In this document: piece after piece, positions 48,065 through 61,817 of the stretch | How the letters are laid out: the number at the start of each line of letters is the position of its first letter | Position numbering within the stretch: position 1 is the first letter of the stretch | Source: Callorhinchus milii | Lineage: Eukaryota | Direction: 5' to 3' | DNA: 64,000 bases | Assembly (NCBI RefSeq): GCF_018977255.1 | Contig: NW_024704753.1 | Location: 7,812,001-7,876,000, forward strand | Program-made: the position numbers and the translations under genes | Notes under the pieces: generated by a model | Databases searched by the model: none | What the model was told of the DNA's origin: nothing | What the model saw: the letters and a program-made list of their open reading frames with translations, nothing else

Positions 48065-49474
48065 ATTTAATTGAATGTCTTTGAGGGGAGATTGCACAAT
48101 ACTGGAGATGGTTATTGGATTAAAGATGCAAAGAACAAGTTTTAGTGCACCTAAATAAAACAATCAAGTCATTTGTACATTGATTAGTAAAAGAATAGAA
48201 AGCTGTTTGAACCATTTTAAAATTGTTGACCCCTCACTTACTATTGGCATACAGGAAAGCTTTTCTTATGGGCAAAATTCTGGCTGAATTAACTAGTTTA
48301 TTATTTGGTAAACCAAGTTTAATTGCTTGGGAATCATTATTTCATGATCTCTGACTATCTTAATAGCCTTCAATCCGACTCCTAATCAAACATTTAACTC
48401 ATTCAAAAAAAAGCTAATGTATTCAGCATCATTTGCTTGCAGCCTGTTCCACATAGCTGCAATTCTGTGGGGAAATCTTTTAATCACCAGGCTTGCTTGA
48501 AGCTTGTTAATTTTGTGTTCTGTACTTGTGTTTTCTGTACTTCAGTCCCAGTTAAATGACCTGCTTACATGCACATTATCCATGCCTCTCAGCAATTTAA
48601 AATCCCGAGTCATCTCCCTCTCTGTATTTTTTAAAAAAGTTTTAGTTCCCAATTTAGTGCCTTGGGACGTCCTCCCGGTGTGAAAGGCGCTATACGAATG
48701 TAATTTTGTTTTGTTGTTCTCTGCATTGCTTCACAAGACTCATAAAACCCCAAATCATCCTTGTCGTTCTTTTGTGAAACATTTTCTACACATTAATTTC
48801 TGTTTTGTACAACAGTAATTTTAAGAAAAATTGCAAGCATAGTAATATTAATATTCTCTCTCCCCACCATCTCGCAGAATTTAAAACTGAACTGTCAGGC
48901 TATCTAGTTTGCAGCAAGTCAAAAAGTACAAATACTTTTGTTAGGGACTCTCTATAATAGCATACACAAAATCTCCTGAACAAAACACATTACAGCACTA
49001 TAACTTCAATTCACAATACTGCTCCTGCAGAAGTACGACATTATGGTTGCAAAGTCCTGTATAGAGCAGATTTATAGCAGGGTGAAGCCAGAAAGGATTA
49101 AGAGTTTTGAATCTTCCACAAATGCAATGTTTTTTGCAACATGCTCCCCCCTGTGATAAGGGTTTGTCCCAAGCGGTTCCCAAATGAACACTGTATTTTG
49201 TCTCATCTACCTCACCAGCAATAAAATAGGAAGTTATAAGGTTCCTCACAAAATAATCATTCCTCTATGACTTACCACCCTTGGGTACACCACCCAGTAA
49301 AATAGCAGCCAGAACACATCAGCCCTGTGATATTTTTTGAAGAAATGTTTTATGGTGTGCCAGTTTTGCTCCCCTCCTCTTAGTGCAGACACTAGGAGCT
49401 CTTCAGTACTTCACCTAACTGGCCACTCTACATGTTGGACTCCAGGCCAACATAACAAAAGATTGATCATTTGA

Positions 49475-50010
49475 TCATAGGAACACAGTATCAGGCCTTT
49501 CAGCCCCTCGAGCCTGTTCTGCCATTCTATTAGATCGCACCTGATCTGTACCTCAACTCCAATTACCCGCCCTTGCCCCATATCCCTTGATACCCATATC
49601 TAACCAAAATATATTCAACTCAGGCTTGAAAATTTAAATGGATCCAGCAACCAGCCTTTTGTAGAGGAGAGTTCCACATTTCCACTTCCCTTTGCATGAG
49701 AAAAATGAATCATAGAAATATACAGCACAGAAGGAGGGCATTCGGCCCATCGTGCCCGTGCCGGCTCTTTGAAAGAACTATCCAAATTAATTCCACTGAC
49801 CCGCTCTCTCCCCACAGCTTTGCAAATTTGTCATCCCAAATATCTAACCACTTCTCCCTTGAAAGTTGTTATCAAATCTGCTTCTAGCACCCTTTCAAAC
49901 AGATAAAAGCTTTTGTAAATAATCATGATATCATATCAATTCAATGCTTTTGGATTTCAGTCCTAAATGGCCTAGCTCTAATTTTAAGATTATACCCCCT
50001 TGTTCTGGAT
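49475..50010 (-). mobile_element. CR1 3' fragment (49475-49707, resuming 49943-50010) interrupted by a second CR1
   Basis: The outer 3' UTR is ggcctttcagcccctcgagcctgttctgccatt. It continues as atgcttttggatttcagtcctaaatggcctagctctaattttaag. Confidence 0.8.
49708..49898 (-). mobile_element. Inner CR1 3' end of a different subfamily
   Basis: aatcatagaa...cagcacagaaggagggcattcggcccatcg is the same subfamily as the copies at 30683 and 62063. Confidence 0.85.
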
Positions 50011-50117
50011 AGTTCTACATCACAGTGTATTATTTTGGCACAAATATTTTTTTAAAGAGAGAATATGAATTAGTTAGGATTTTTGCTTTGCACTTCAAGC
50101 TGGAACCAGCGTGAAAT

Positions 50118-50469
50118 ATAATAATAATCCTTGGATTTGATATAGTGCTCTTTACATCTTCTAGACGTCTCAAAGCGCTTCACAGAATATGCTGCAAAGT
50201 GAATTGACTGTATATTTGTGGGCGAAACGCGGCAGCCAATTGCGCACAGCAGTGTCCCACAAACAGTCGTGCATTGAAAATTACCAACTATTTATCGGTT
50301 TGTTTTTTGGAGGGATTATTATTAGGCAAAATGCAAAAAAATCTATAAATGCAATCTCGTTGTAGGCGTGTGAAGTAAGGAAACTGGCCCAAGGTTTCGC
50401 CCTGCCTGGAATTGAACTCAGGTGTCTCGCTTGCAAGGTGAGTGCTCTAACCACTGAGCTACAGGACTC
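50118..50469 (-). mobile_element. tRNA-derived SINE with a 35-nt insertion
   Basis: Full head to tail. The insert at 50328-50362 is flanked by taggc. Confidence 0.9.
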
Positions 50470-50633
50470 GATATCAGCTCTTCACTCAACAAGCTACCGA
50501 TCAATCATAACACTGCACCTTGTATTATCTCTTGCACAAGGCAATGCCAGCCTTCCACATCCTCCCTTGTTTAAACACTCCGAGACGCGACTCGACATGA
50601 AGGGCACTATATAAAAAACAAGTTGTTGTTGTT

Positions 50634-51025
50634 AGGCTCCACTATTCTCCAGCAATTCAGCTAAGGTCTAATTTTTATCTTATAGCTTTTATCCCACTCA
50701 TTAGCTGCAGTCTCCTTAGATGCCACTCCCCAGCCCTCTGCGTTCACTTTGTAAACTCAGGTCTTCTTCATGTCCCCACTCAAACTTGTTAGCAAGTTTT
50801 CAGCCACTTTGCTCCTGTCTCTGGAACTTTGACCTAAATCCTTCCACCTTGGTCCCTCCCACTTGGCTATCAAAATATGTCTTAAAAACTTATATCTTTG
50901 ACTCAGCCTTTGACAATCCACCAAAACAACTCCAACGAAATTTAGGCTTCCACCCAGTCTCAAGAAAACATTTTGAGATTGGTTTTCTTATGGGAAAGAT
51001 GCTCTACAAGTACAAATTATTGTTG
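50634..51025 (+). mobile_element. Old L2 3' fragment
   Basis: ttcagctaaggtctaatttt...ttcagccac...ctctggaac...cttaaaaacttatatctttgac, ending in a decayed tail. Confidence 0.55.
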
Positions 51026-52151
51026 AGCTACCTACTGTAACAGTGCATTGATGTTTTACGTTCCAGGACTGAATTTGGATCAGGACAAGGACAGATGAAA
51101 GCTTTTGAGAATAACAGGTCAGACATGATATCATATAAATTCAATACTGCAATTACTTATTTTACCCTTTAGTAGTGAATAATATAATTTACTTAAGAGT
51201 ACATTAATTCACTATGCAAAGAAGAACTTAATCAACTGCCATTAGCAACACTCCAAGACCCCACACCAATTTATTGAAAACCACAGCGACTAATTTTGTC
51301 ACACAGAGCTGAAAATTGGTTGTTAAAACACAAATGTCAGATTACTGTTTTCTGCTTTAAAAAGTGCAGACTCATCACTTTGCACAAGCTGTGTAAATGT
51401 AGCATTCATCATGAAGCTGCAAAGCTAAAAAAAATTAAAAGGTTTTTTAAATTATTCATATTGAAACAACTCCAGCACATTTGATTGCCAACATAACCGC
51501 TGTTGGTTGCGATTGTAGCCAGCTATTTGGACTTGACTAACAATCTTCCACGGCTTGACTGTCACAACAACAACAAAATTACATTTGTAAAGAGCCTTTC
51601 ACGTCGGGAGGACGTCCCAAGGCACTGAACTACACTTAGTGACAGCTACAAAGGTAACATTAGTTTCTAAGAGCTCTTCAAATACAAAGGGCTTGAACAA
51701 GAATATTCTGTGTAGAATAATAATGGAGTAGCTTCTACTTCAAAAAAGATGAAAACAGACTTTGTGTGGAAGGTGTAATCTTCTTCCAAGTCATCATGAT
51801 CTGAAAGGATAATAATTAGTATAACAAATCACCAATCAGTGTAAATATTCTTGAAGAGCAGTCAATGCAAGACTTGGTAGAAACAAAAATGCAGCACTGA
51901 ATATCAACCAATGATGAGGAAATATTATTCCGAACTCAAAAGGGTCCAAGCAGAATTTCCTCTCTCTTTTCATCATGTGGTTATCACTCCCAGGTAAAAT
52001 TTGGGCCTGGCAAATCTGGTGAAGTGAGGAAGTTGAAGAGAGAGCAAGAAAAAAAGAGGTAGAGAGAGATAAGGAAAGAGAAAAAAGAAAGAACTCTACG
52101 TCTATTCACTGGAAAAAAAAGGTTTCAATAAATTAATCCACGGATGGCTGG

Positions 52152-52480
52152 ACTTGCACCTATATAGCCCTATACAACTTGCACCTATATAGCCCCCCCA
52201 TGCAGGTAGCGTTTCAGAGCGCTTAACAGTGGCGGAGCCTGACTCTGAGCCGATGGGGGGTGGGGGAGGGGAGGTTGCCATAGAGGAAGGTTATCAGGTG
52301 GGACTTGAAAAAGTGGAGAGAGAAGCACGGCGGAGGGATTGAGGAAGAGTGCTCCAGAGTTTCAGGGCATAGTGGCTGAAAACGAAACCTCTGATGGTGG
52401 AGGGGAAGGTGCGAGCAGGAGGCTGGTGCCAGTTGAGTGGAGGCACTGGGTGGTGGATTGGGGAGTGAGGAGGACAGAGA
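52152..52480 (-). mobile_element. L2 3' fragment
   Basis: PSTIRGFVFSHYALKLWSTLPQSLR followed by an L2-type tail. Confidence 0.75.
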
Positions 52481-52954
52481 GGTTCTGTTATTCTCAGCAT
52501 AATATGCTACCAAATATTACATTATAATGGTTAATATAGAAAACATAGTGTAGAAATCACCAATGGTGGGTATAGTCAAACATATGTATCACAGATATTC
52601 TTATTATTTAAAATACCAACATTTCAAGAGGTAGATTTATTTCAGCAAAGAATAAGGAAACCCTTGCATTTTGAACTCCAATTCTGATAGACATGGGTGC
52701 TGTATCCTTTTGGTGTTGTTACAATTGAGTACTTCCACAGGAAATAGGATGAGAAACGAAAGGTTGGTGAAAATTGCAGATGGGAAATTTGCACTTTTAT
52801 AGCTTATGAGAGGCAGATGAAGAAATAGGGGGTGGCCATTTAGCCCATGTGAGCCTGTTTCACCAGTTTATTAGATCTTGGCAGATCTTTTATTCACCAT
52901 AACCTTTTAACACCAAGACCCAAGTATATGTCAGTCTCAATTAAACAATTATAA

Positions 52955-53330
52955 TCTGTGCATTTGATATAGTGCACGTCACACTAGGAAGAAAATCAGA
53001 ACGCTTCACAGGATTTTCTGTGAAGTGTAGCGCCTGTGTGTTTTGTAGGTAATCTCGGCAATCAATTTACACACAATCGTGAAGTGAATAACAATTTTTT
53101 ATCTGGTGTTTGCTGGCTAAGACACTTGCAGAAACTCATTTCAGTTTTTGAATACTGCCATCGAGTCTTTAATGTTCACCTGAACAGTTAGATGGGACCT
53201 CAGTTTAACATCTCATCTGAAGGATGGCATCACTGGCAATATGGGCCTCCCCAAGCCTACAGTAGAGTGTCAGACGGGGCTGTGAGTTCAAAGTCCTGAC
53301 AACCCACAATTTTCTGACTCAGACTCGAGA
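52955..53330 (-). mobile_element. Old Deu-domain SINE
   Basis: The minus strand reads gccatccttcagatgagatgttaaactgaggtccc...caggtgaacattaaagac, homologous to 2245-2595. Confidence 0.7.
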
Positions 53331-55754
53331 AATGCATTACTTGCATGTTATTGAATCAATTTGCATTTTAATACTTTATGGTCTTATGAAGAGCAAGTTT
53401 AGTAATTTTCCACAAATACAGGAGTCCTACAAGTGAAGGGCAGAAAATAAGCTACTTTGTCTTTTACAGCATTCAGTTTTTTTAAAAATCAGAAACCTAA
53501 ACTTGACAGTACATGTATTTAACAATGACTTGTGAAGAAGTATTGCTGATGACAGTTGTATTCCATCAGTGGCTTTCCACATAAGGTAAAGCTCTAAATC
53601 CCTCTGGACATTTAATATTCTTACATTCTACAATTTCTCTGTGGAACACATTGTCTTCTTCCATAGAAGTTTAGCCCTCAGTGCAATCAGGGTCATCCAG
53701 CAGTTGAACATTACAGCACTGATTATACCAGTGTCAGGTGCCTTGTGATTGCGGCCCAAGCACAGTAATGGGTAGCGAGTGCCCTGGAAACATCTGAAGC
53801 TGCTGGGTACTTGCACCTGAGGTATACTCTGTGTGGAGGCGGCTCTCATAGAGGGTGCACCATTTGGTTTCATATGCCCTTCAGCAAGTCAGTGATTATG
53901 ATTGTTGTCCTTCACCTAAAGTCAGCCAGCACCTTGATTTCACCACTGAAACACTCACTTATTTCATACAATTTACGCTCTTCTATTCTAAAATATATAA
54001 CTTCAATTCTGTCGTTTAATAAATATTATTGATATTATGATACAATATAAATAATCCTTGTATTTGATCACATCATCAAGACATCTCAAAGCACTTCACA
54101 GGATATATTATAAAATGTAGTGACTGTGGCTTTTAAGTCAGAACACAGCAGGCAATTTACACAAAGCAACATCTCACAAACAGCTATGGAGTGAATGGCA
54201 ATTTTATTTAGGACAAGGTGCACGGTCTCAACCACTATCCCCAACTCTCCTCCCTTGCTCGTCATCCTGTTTTTTGGAAACACTCCAAGATCTTATCCTA
54301 TGTAAATTGTTGTTGCTGATATTGCAGTTCATTTTACATTACTCCTCTGAAACACATGCTCCTGAGACAAGTGAAAATTAAGGAAAATCAGTTACACCTA
54401 ATGGAATTCTTACTGCTTCTTTGTGGCTTGACCAAACTTTAGAAGTTTTTTTTATTGTAGGCTATCATGACAACACACTTGCATCTTGACTATTCACATT
54501 TAGTTTTAAAATGTTTGTGTCATGGCAGCGATAAAAGATACATTTCTAGTGCTGAACACTGGACAATCGGTTCTTCCATTCCCCAGTGCTCACTTACTTT
54601 CTTAGTCAATGTGTGGCACGCACAAAAAAAAACAAATAATGAAAGAGAGATTCAAAAGAAATAAACAAGAATTTTGCAAATAATGTTTTAATGAACCAGT
54701 TGTGTCAGCATTCCTAAAATGCAATGGTCAAGAGTGCTATGACTTTAAAATGTCTAATTTATAAAATTAGTAAATTTTGAAAAATGATCAGCTCCAACGA
54801 GTCCCCATTTACTGCTCCCCCTCAAGCAGGATAGTCATGAGTTGTTGAGTTGGTTATTTGAAATCCGACAAGCACGGGTTTGTGTCCTAATGTATTAAAT
54901 ACATGATTTTGCTGTACCATTATCTAAACGTTTCACACAATGAGATATGTGATGCAAATAATGCAAATGTATTAATGAGCCAGTGATGTCCTATAAATAG
55001 GAATTAGATGAACTGTCAAATTCAATCTTATTTTGCACGAGAGAGGAATGTTAGCAAAAGCATCAGGAGAACTCTCTGCTCTTCAAATATTACCGTTGGA
55101 TCTTTAAAGACTGCTTGAACCATCAGAGTAGGCAGATGGGACTTCGCAATAATATAATGTTCTAACATTATAATTTCTGCACAGCATACCCTACTCAGTT
55201 ACAAGTTTCAAGAAGAACACTGGATAATGAATTTTGCATTTTAGCACCATACTTAGAGGAAGCACAACCTCCATCAAACACTTAATAACAATTGCTCTGC
55301 AATTATCACTTTATCAGCTCAATAAAAAAACATTTATAGAACATTTAAACATATACAAGGATTTAAAATCCAAATACAGCTACTCCATTACCTCCTTGAT
55401 TAATAAACACCAGCACTCTGTGATACAAAGAAAATAACAATCAATAAGTTATCACTTTCAGTTGGACCACTTAACGTTACTCACTGCCCTGCTGTTAAGC
55501 ATAGGAAGGTTAAATAAATCTGTCATGATAAAAGGATGTTACATCATACTCTAAGATCCTTAAAACTAAAATATAAGGGCAAAATAGTTAGGAGGGGCGT
55601 CATTTAAAATCGAAATGTACCGGAAAGTTGCTGCAATATCCGCTTTGCATATTCACTCAATTAATTGATCATCATCTTTCCTTGATGCACTGAGAAGTGG
55701 GAAATTTCCATCTTTTCTTCGACACTAGCAGGACATGTTTTTATTCTTCTAAAA

Positions 55755-55872
55755 TGCGTTTCACCCACAAAGCACAGTCAATTCACTTGCTAGTATATCC
55801 TGTGAAGCGCTTTGAGACGTCTTGAAGATGTGATAAGGCGCTATATCAAATGCAAGGATTATTATTATTATT
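55755..55872 (+). mobile_element. SINE 3' fragment
   Basis: Family tail with (TTA)n. Confidence 0.85.
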
Positions 55873-56469
55873 CTTGAACTCACCTGAATATATAAAGATT
55901 AAAATGCTCTGAATACAACCATTTTAAATCATCTACACAACCATTTCAAATTACCAACTAAAACAGGGAACGTCGGGATAGTTAAGTGACTGGGTCAGAG
56001 CCTCTGCTAATTCCTCTTCAGTAGCCATTAGATGACGAGAAAGAGCAGGCAGCATGACTTTCCCGGGCAATATTTCCTCTGGGAAAGTGCTAAGCTGCCA
56101 CCCAACAATTATTTCCCACTGACACAGAAGAGGTCGTAAAACTGCTCTAAAAGAAATCACTGCAAAAGGAGGCTAAATTTCTTGATTTTATCAACCATTT
56201 TTCACCTTTAGGCCTACATGATAACTTTCCAACCATCTGCTTGAAATTTACAGTAAAAAGTCCAAATGGGAATGATATATTCACAGTTCCAATGAATCAT
56301 GATGTTATCTTCAATTGGCTAGATGTATTGAAGGATCTGCGACTGTCCATTCATTTTGTGACTTTGATTTTAACTATTGTTAATCATCTTTGGAAATGAT
56401 TACACTTCAGCTATTTACCGACACACTTCACTATGAAATCAAGTGTCTATAGCAGTGCCCATTTCAAAG

Positions 56470-56650
56470 CAATAATAATTTGGCCACTCAATCCACGACT
56501 GTTTATGGGATACTGCTGCATACAATTGGCTGCCGCGTTTTGCCCACAAAATACACAGTAATTCCACTTTACACTATATCCTGTGAAGCGCTTTAAAACG
56601 TCTCAGCGATGTGATAAGGCATAATATCAAATGCAAGAATTATTATTATA
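56470..56650 (+). mobile_element. SINE 3' fragment
   Basis: Family body and tail. Confidence 0.85.
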
Positions 56651-58059
56651 AATCAAGGTTAAATAATTAAGCTTCATATAAACAGAATGGAGTAGATTTG
56701 GCTGCATATTAAACGTTCATTTCTACACCAATACTCCATGTTTTGTAATTACTGAATACCCTATTTTAAACAGAAGCATTTGCAATGCCAAATGTAACAT
56801 TGCTGATTTAAAATTTGCTCTGTAAGCTCTTTTGAAAAAGTTAGAATTTAAATTGCTGATTCAAAATTTTGCAAAACGAAAACTGATCCCATTCATGGTC
56901 TTAAACTGGATCCAGGCATTTCACCCAATTAATTGCTTAATTCAAAACAACATGTAGGTAGGCACAAATAGATGACATTGAAACAATGTAAAGCAGTCTT
57001 GTGAACCTTGACCACCAACGCTTCTGCACAGAACATAAACAAACCTGGCTCAAGGTTAACTTCTTAATACCACTCTACGTCTTTCTAGTTTGTCAGCTTG
57101 AAAGATGTGAACAATGAAAATATGCAGTGTAGCACGAACAATGTGTATCCTGCACCACCAAAGCAGATGGCTCTGGGAATCGATTCAGACCATTAATTTA
57201 ACTATCAACAGTACAGGGTAATTACACTGTCAAACTTAAATTCCAGTCATGTTCCCACTAAATAGCTATTCAGAATATGCAATATGGAAAAACTCTCAAA
57301 CAGTTCACACAAATAAACAAATAAAACCTCTACACAATGCACAAACCACTTACGTTTGTTAAAAAGAAACTCCTCTCACAGGATGGGGGGAACAGAGGCC
57401 GTCAAGTCTAAACTATTTCTTGTTCATCCACTGGAGCTAGGTCATCGACTCTAATTTGAATTCTCTGCTCTTTTATCATACCATGTTATATTTTTCCTCA
57501 TCAAAATGTTCCTTTTCAAATGTTATAGTGTCAATACCCACTTTGTAGCTTTGCTTTGCTACAAAGAGGATATTGACATAATAAGAATTAAAAGCTATTT
57601 CAAATTCTAGCATTTACAGGAAAGTTTCTTCTAATATCCCCTGTACTGTTCCAGTGACACTCCAGACCTGATGCCTCCTCGTCATCAATGTTTCAAACAG
57701 TGTGAATAATCCTTCAATATTTACCTTCTCAAAACTTTTCAGGGCTTTGGTGACCCATAGATTTTCTGTTCCGGATCCAACTTTTGGGGCCACAACACAT
57801 CCCTAAATAAAATAACCAAATTCAGCAGAGACAAAATTCAAACCTATTTTTTCTCACCTGTGTTGAATTGTTACCTACCAGACCCAGGGCAGGGCAACAA
57901 ATTATCAAGAAGCCATGAAATAAGGAAGCTATGGGGAGGCACTATTTAAATGAATGCCATGTTCAATGTTACAAAATATGCTATTAATATTTAAAATGTT
58001 GTCTTTGTACAGCTGGTAATTTGATTGCAACTAAAGAATTCAAGACTCCCATCTCACTT

Positions 58060-58228
58060 GCAGCAAGCATGTGTGTTCAGACACGCCGTGCCCTGCCCAC
58101 GGTGACGTGGGATAAACAGCACGAGAGACCCGGGGCAGAAACTATATTTTATTTTAGTGGGTTTGTAGCGGAGGCGCTGTTCATAAAGGATTCCACGGAA
58201 AAATTGCGGCCACACTTTTTTATTGTCC
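58060..58228 (+). mobile_element. Second copy of the right end of the 11408-13235 element
   Basis: gggtttgtagcggaggcgctgttcataaaggattcc...ggccacacttttttattg matches 13165-13232. Confidence 0.75.
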
Positions 58229-58412
58229 AACAACAACAACAAGATTGCATTTACAGAGCGCCTTTCACGTCGGGAGGATGTCCCAAGGCGCTGGACAGTT
58301 GGGTCGGGACCCGAGCAGAGGGAAAATGGTCAGGGTGAGGGGAGGGAAGGGAGGGAGTGAGGAGAGGGTAGAGAGTCAAGAGGGGAGCTGAAGGCACGGT
58401 TGAAGAGAAAGA
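58228..58412 (-). mobile_element. L2 3' end
   Basis: (TTG)n tail and stem-loop, close to 10901-11203. Confidence 0.9.
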
Positions 58413-58998
58413 TCCAAGGTCATAACACGTTGGAATTCCTCTATGCCATTAGACTAGAATCAAATGGCTTTTGGAGGATCTTCAAATTTACTGTGTTTAT
58501 TAACTTCAAGGTATCAAGATTGGAATTAAAAATACAGGAGAGTTTTAAGCTTTTAAAATGATAAAAGAGAATATTGGAAATTATTTCAGTCTAAAAAAAA
58601 TAATATTCAGATGTACTGCTATGAATTTCAATTAAAATGACTTGTTCTTCCATAGGGGCCAGCCAATTATTTATGCATGTACATTGCTCAACCTTCAGCA
58701 GATCATACGTCAGGACAAAATCTATTATGGTGTCAGTCGTCAAATGTTGACCAGACTGCACTCTCATTTATCATAAATTTCCAAGTATCCCTAAAACCTG
58801 TAACACTTTTGTAGGCATGTGATTTGATCATTCCTATTAAAACATCTGGAAAAAAAAATCGAAATCTAATATTTAAATTGAAAAATCACCACTTGTCATA
58901 TGAATGATTAAAGCTTATAGTCAAACTTTGTTTTCTCTTAGATAAAGATTAATGATTCCCAATATCTGGTTTACTTCGAGATCTAAAGCATTTTAGAT

Positions 58999-59158
58999 AA
59001 ATCCACGACTGTGTGTGAGATACTGCTGTGCGCAATTGGTTGCCATGTTTCACCCACAAAATATACAGTCATTACACTTTACAGTATATCCTGTGAAGTA
59101 CTTTGAGACGTCTTGAAGAGGTGATAACGATTATCAAGTGCAAGGATTATTATTATTA
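58999..59158 (+). mobile_element. SINE 3' fragment
   Basis: Family body and tail. Confidence 0.85.
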
Positions 59159-59419
59159 ATATTTACAATTTTTTCATTACTATTTCTTCCCAATCTGAAC
59201 ACACAGTATTTTCCTAAATACTAGTATTAAAAGTTAGATGATCCAGTGAATACTAGTTGCTTTCCAGCCATTACTATACAGCTGGACATCTGCAAAAGAG
59301 TGCCAAGGGAAAAAAATCTGGTCCAGCCAATGCACAAGCAAATGGGTAGGTATTCTCCTGCAGATAAATTTCCTGTTTTGAAAAATGGTAAATTGTAAAT
59401 TGTGTGTCAGGGGCCAATA

Positions 59420-59585
59420 CATTTCACGCACAACAATGTCCCACAAACAGCCATGAGGTGAATGACCAATATAATCTAGTGGACTGTTGGCCACGATACT
59501 TTTCAAATAGAGTCATTCGCCTTTTAATGTCCACTTAAGCAGGCAGATGGGATCTCAATTTAACATCTCATTTGAAGGATGGGAC
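59420..59585 (-). mobile_element. Deu-domain SINE fragment
   Basis: caatgtcccacaaacagc...tttaatgtccac...tttaacatctcatttgaaggatgg. Confidence 0.65.
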
Positions 59586-60104
59586 CTTTATAGTTTATAG
59601 TATTTGGTTTATAGTAAAGATAGGTTTGTTTGTGACTAGGCATTGTGGTTATTCTTGTGCCAACTGTGCCTCACAATAATGCAACCAATGATTCCAGGAA
59701 TATAATCCCTGAACCTTCAAATACTTTAGAGACTGAGCTGGTGGATTTAATAGTGGAGTACTACAACTCATTTCCCCAGGGCCTGGAAAAGCTTTACATG
59801 CAATGTTCGCAGAATAAAGCTTTGTTATCTGTTAAGTGTTCTACTGGCTATATAAAAAAAATTATAAAAAGAGAGCAGACCAAGGATTACATTACACTGT
59901 ACTGTTTTGACAATTTAAAATTATTGAAATTAGCAATTAAGGAAAAACTTATTTGATCATTTTTACAAGTTAAAATACTTTTGTTATTTGAATGTTACAA
60001 ATATGGCATTAATCCATATTCAAAAAGTATCCTTAAATAGATTTTATTTTTAAAATTGTTTACTTATTATAGAAGTTTGTTGGCACGAAAGTTACATTAT
60101 ATGT

Positions 60105-60208
60105 TACAAAATAGTCAGTTCACTTTACAGTATATTCTGTGAAAAGCTTTGAGACATCTCAAAGACATGATAAGATGCTAATATCAAATGTAAGGATTAT
60201 TATTATTA
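60105..60208 (+). mobile_element. SINE tail fragment
   Basis: agtcagttcactttacagtatattctgtga...aaggattattattatta. Confidence 0.8.
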
Positions 60209-61646
60209 GACATATCCAAGCAGATTTAAACTAGACGTTATATTTGGCCATTAAACTGGATATTCAAAACAAAAAAAAATCAAGTATTACAAAATGAATT
60301 CCTGAATTTTCACAAAGGCTTTTTGACCTAGAATACAGACAACAAAACAAATAAGATCTAACCCTTTCCACTTAGCTTTCTTTCGGTGCACAAAAAAATC
60401 ACTGGTGTACATCTCCTGCCAAGTGGAAGCATTATAGAGTATTGCATTATTTGAGATTTGTAGGATTACTAAACTAAAATATGTAAAATTAAGGCTTAAC
60501 AATTGATTTATTATTCCTTGAATACACTAGATGGAAGATTTCTTGTTTTCCTCTTTCCTCAGCTGCACTGCACCTTGTGGTGAAAAACAGCAATGCATTT
60601 TGGATTATGTGAAAACAAAGCACAGCAAAAATAGTGCTGAAGCAAATAGAAATAATAATGTTCTGTTCAACTTCAAATCATCAGCATAAATGACAGAGTA
60701 GAAAAACATCCTCAAGTCTTTTCAACCAACTCACATTTACCAATGCTCTTAGCCTAAATTCTAAAACAGAAAAGCTTCCATGCAATATTCTCTGCAGGAA
60801 GAGCAAACACTATATCAATATTCGAGACAGCATCAAAACATCTTGCTAATTAAAACCTGAATTCTTATAGTCATTATGGTAAAACTGTAATGGGCTCTTC
60901 CAGACAGCAGCTCAATACTTCTGCTGACTTGCAAATGTTCAGAAGTATTCAGACACTTGTGTATACTGTAAAGCCCATTACAATTTCAGTAGTTCTCCAG
61001 CTCAATTACAAGAAGGCAATTTTATTTGAAAAAAAAATAGACAAAGCATAGAAAATATATCCTTTTCTAGTATAGGGCTGATTTTCTGATAGCACGGCTG
61101 TTTTGTTTCACGCAAATATTCTGACGTGCCAAGGCACACGTGTGTAAAATTCCATTTAGAATTTAACCTCACCAGCAGCTTACAATAACAGTCAACATTC
61201 TAACAAATCAATCCATTGGCTGCGACCTTGAAAACTAACTTTTCAGTTTTGTCTGAAAAAGTGAACATCCCCACATGCTGCTTTGAGGCAATAGTACACA
61301 CCCTTAATTACAAATGCTAACAGGGCCACAGTAATTCCCACTTCTCTCAATACATTTTTCCAATAATTAGATTGGGGAAAGAGGAGAAACCAGATCCATA
61401 CTTTTTCAGCAGACAAAAAAGATAATTCAATATTTATTTAATAAAAGTGAATTCTATAAGAAATGAATTGTGAAGGCGTATTATCTATAGAGGGTCTTTT
61501 GACCCACTTTATGAATTGTTGGATAGCACAATGACATTATCACCAGTCAAAATGTAAACTTATATGCATAAAGCATGATGATCCAAATTCTATGAATACA
61601 CAAAGTCAACAAGTCAAAATTGTTGAATTCCCTACATAACACCAAC

Positions 61647-61817
61647 NNNNNNNNNNNNNNNNNNNNNNNNNNNNNNNNNNNNNNNNNNNNNNNNNNNNNN
61701 NNNNNNNNNNNNNNNNNNNNNNNNNNNNNNNNNNNNNNNNNNNNNNNNNNNNNNNNNNNNNNNNNNNNNNNNNNNNNNNNNNNNNNNNNNNNNNNNNNNN
61801 NNNNNNNNNNNNNNNNN
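61647..61817. other. Assembly gap (N run)
   Basis: A run of N. There is also a single N at 19419. Confidence 1.
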
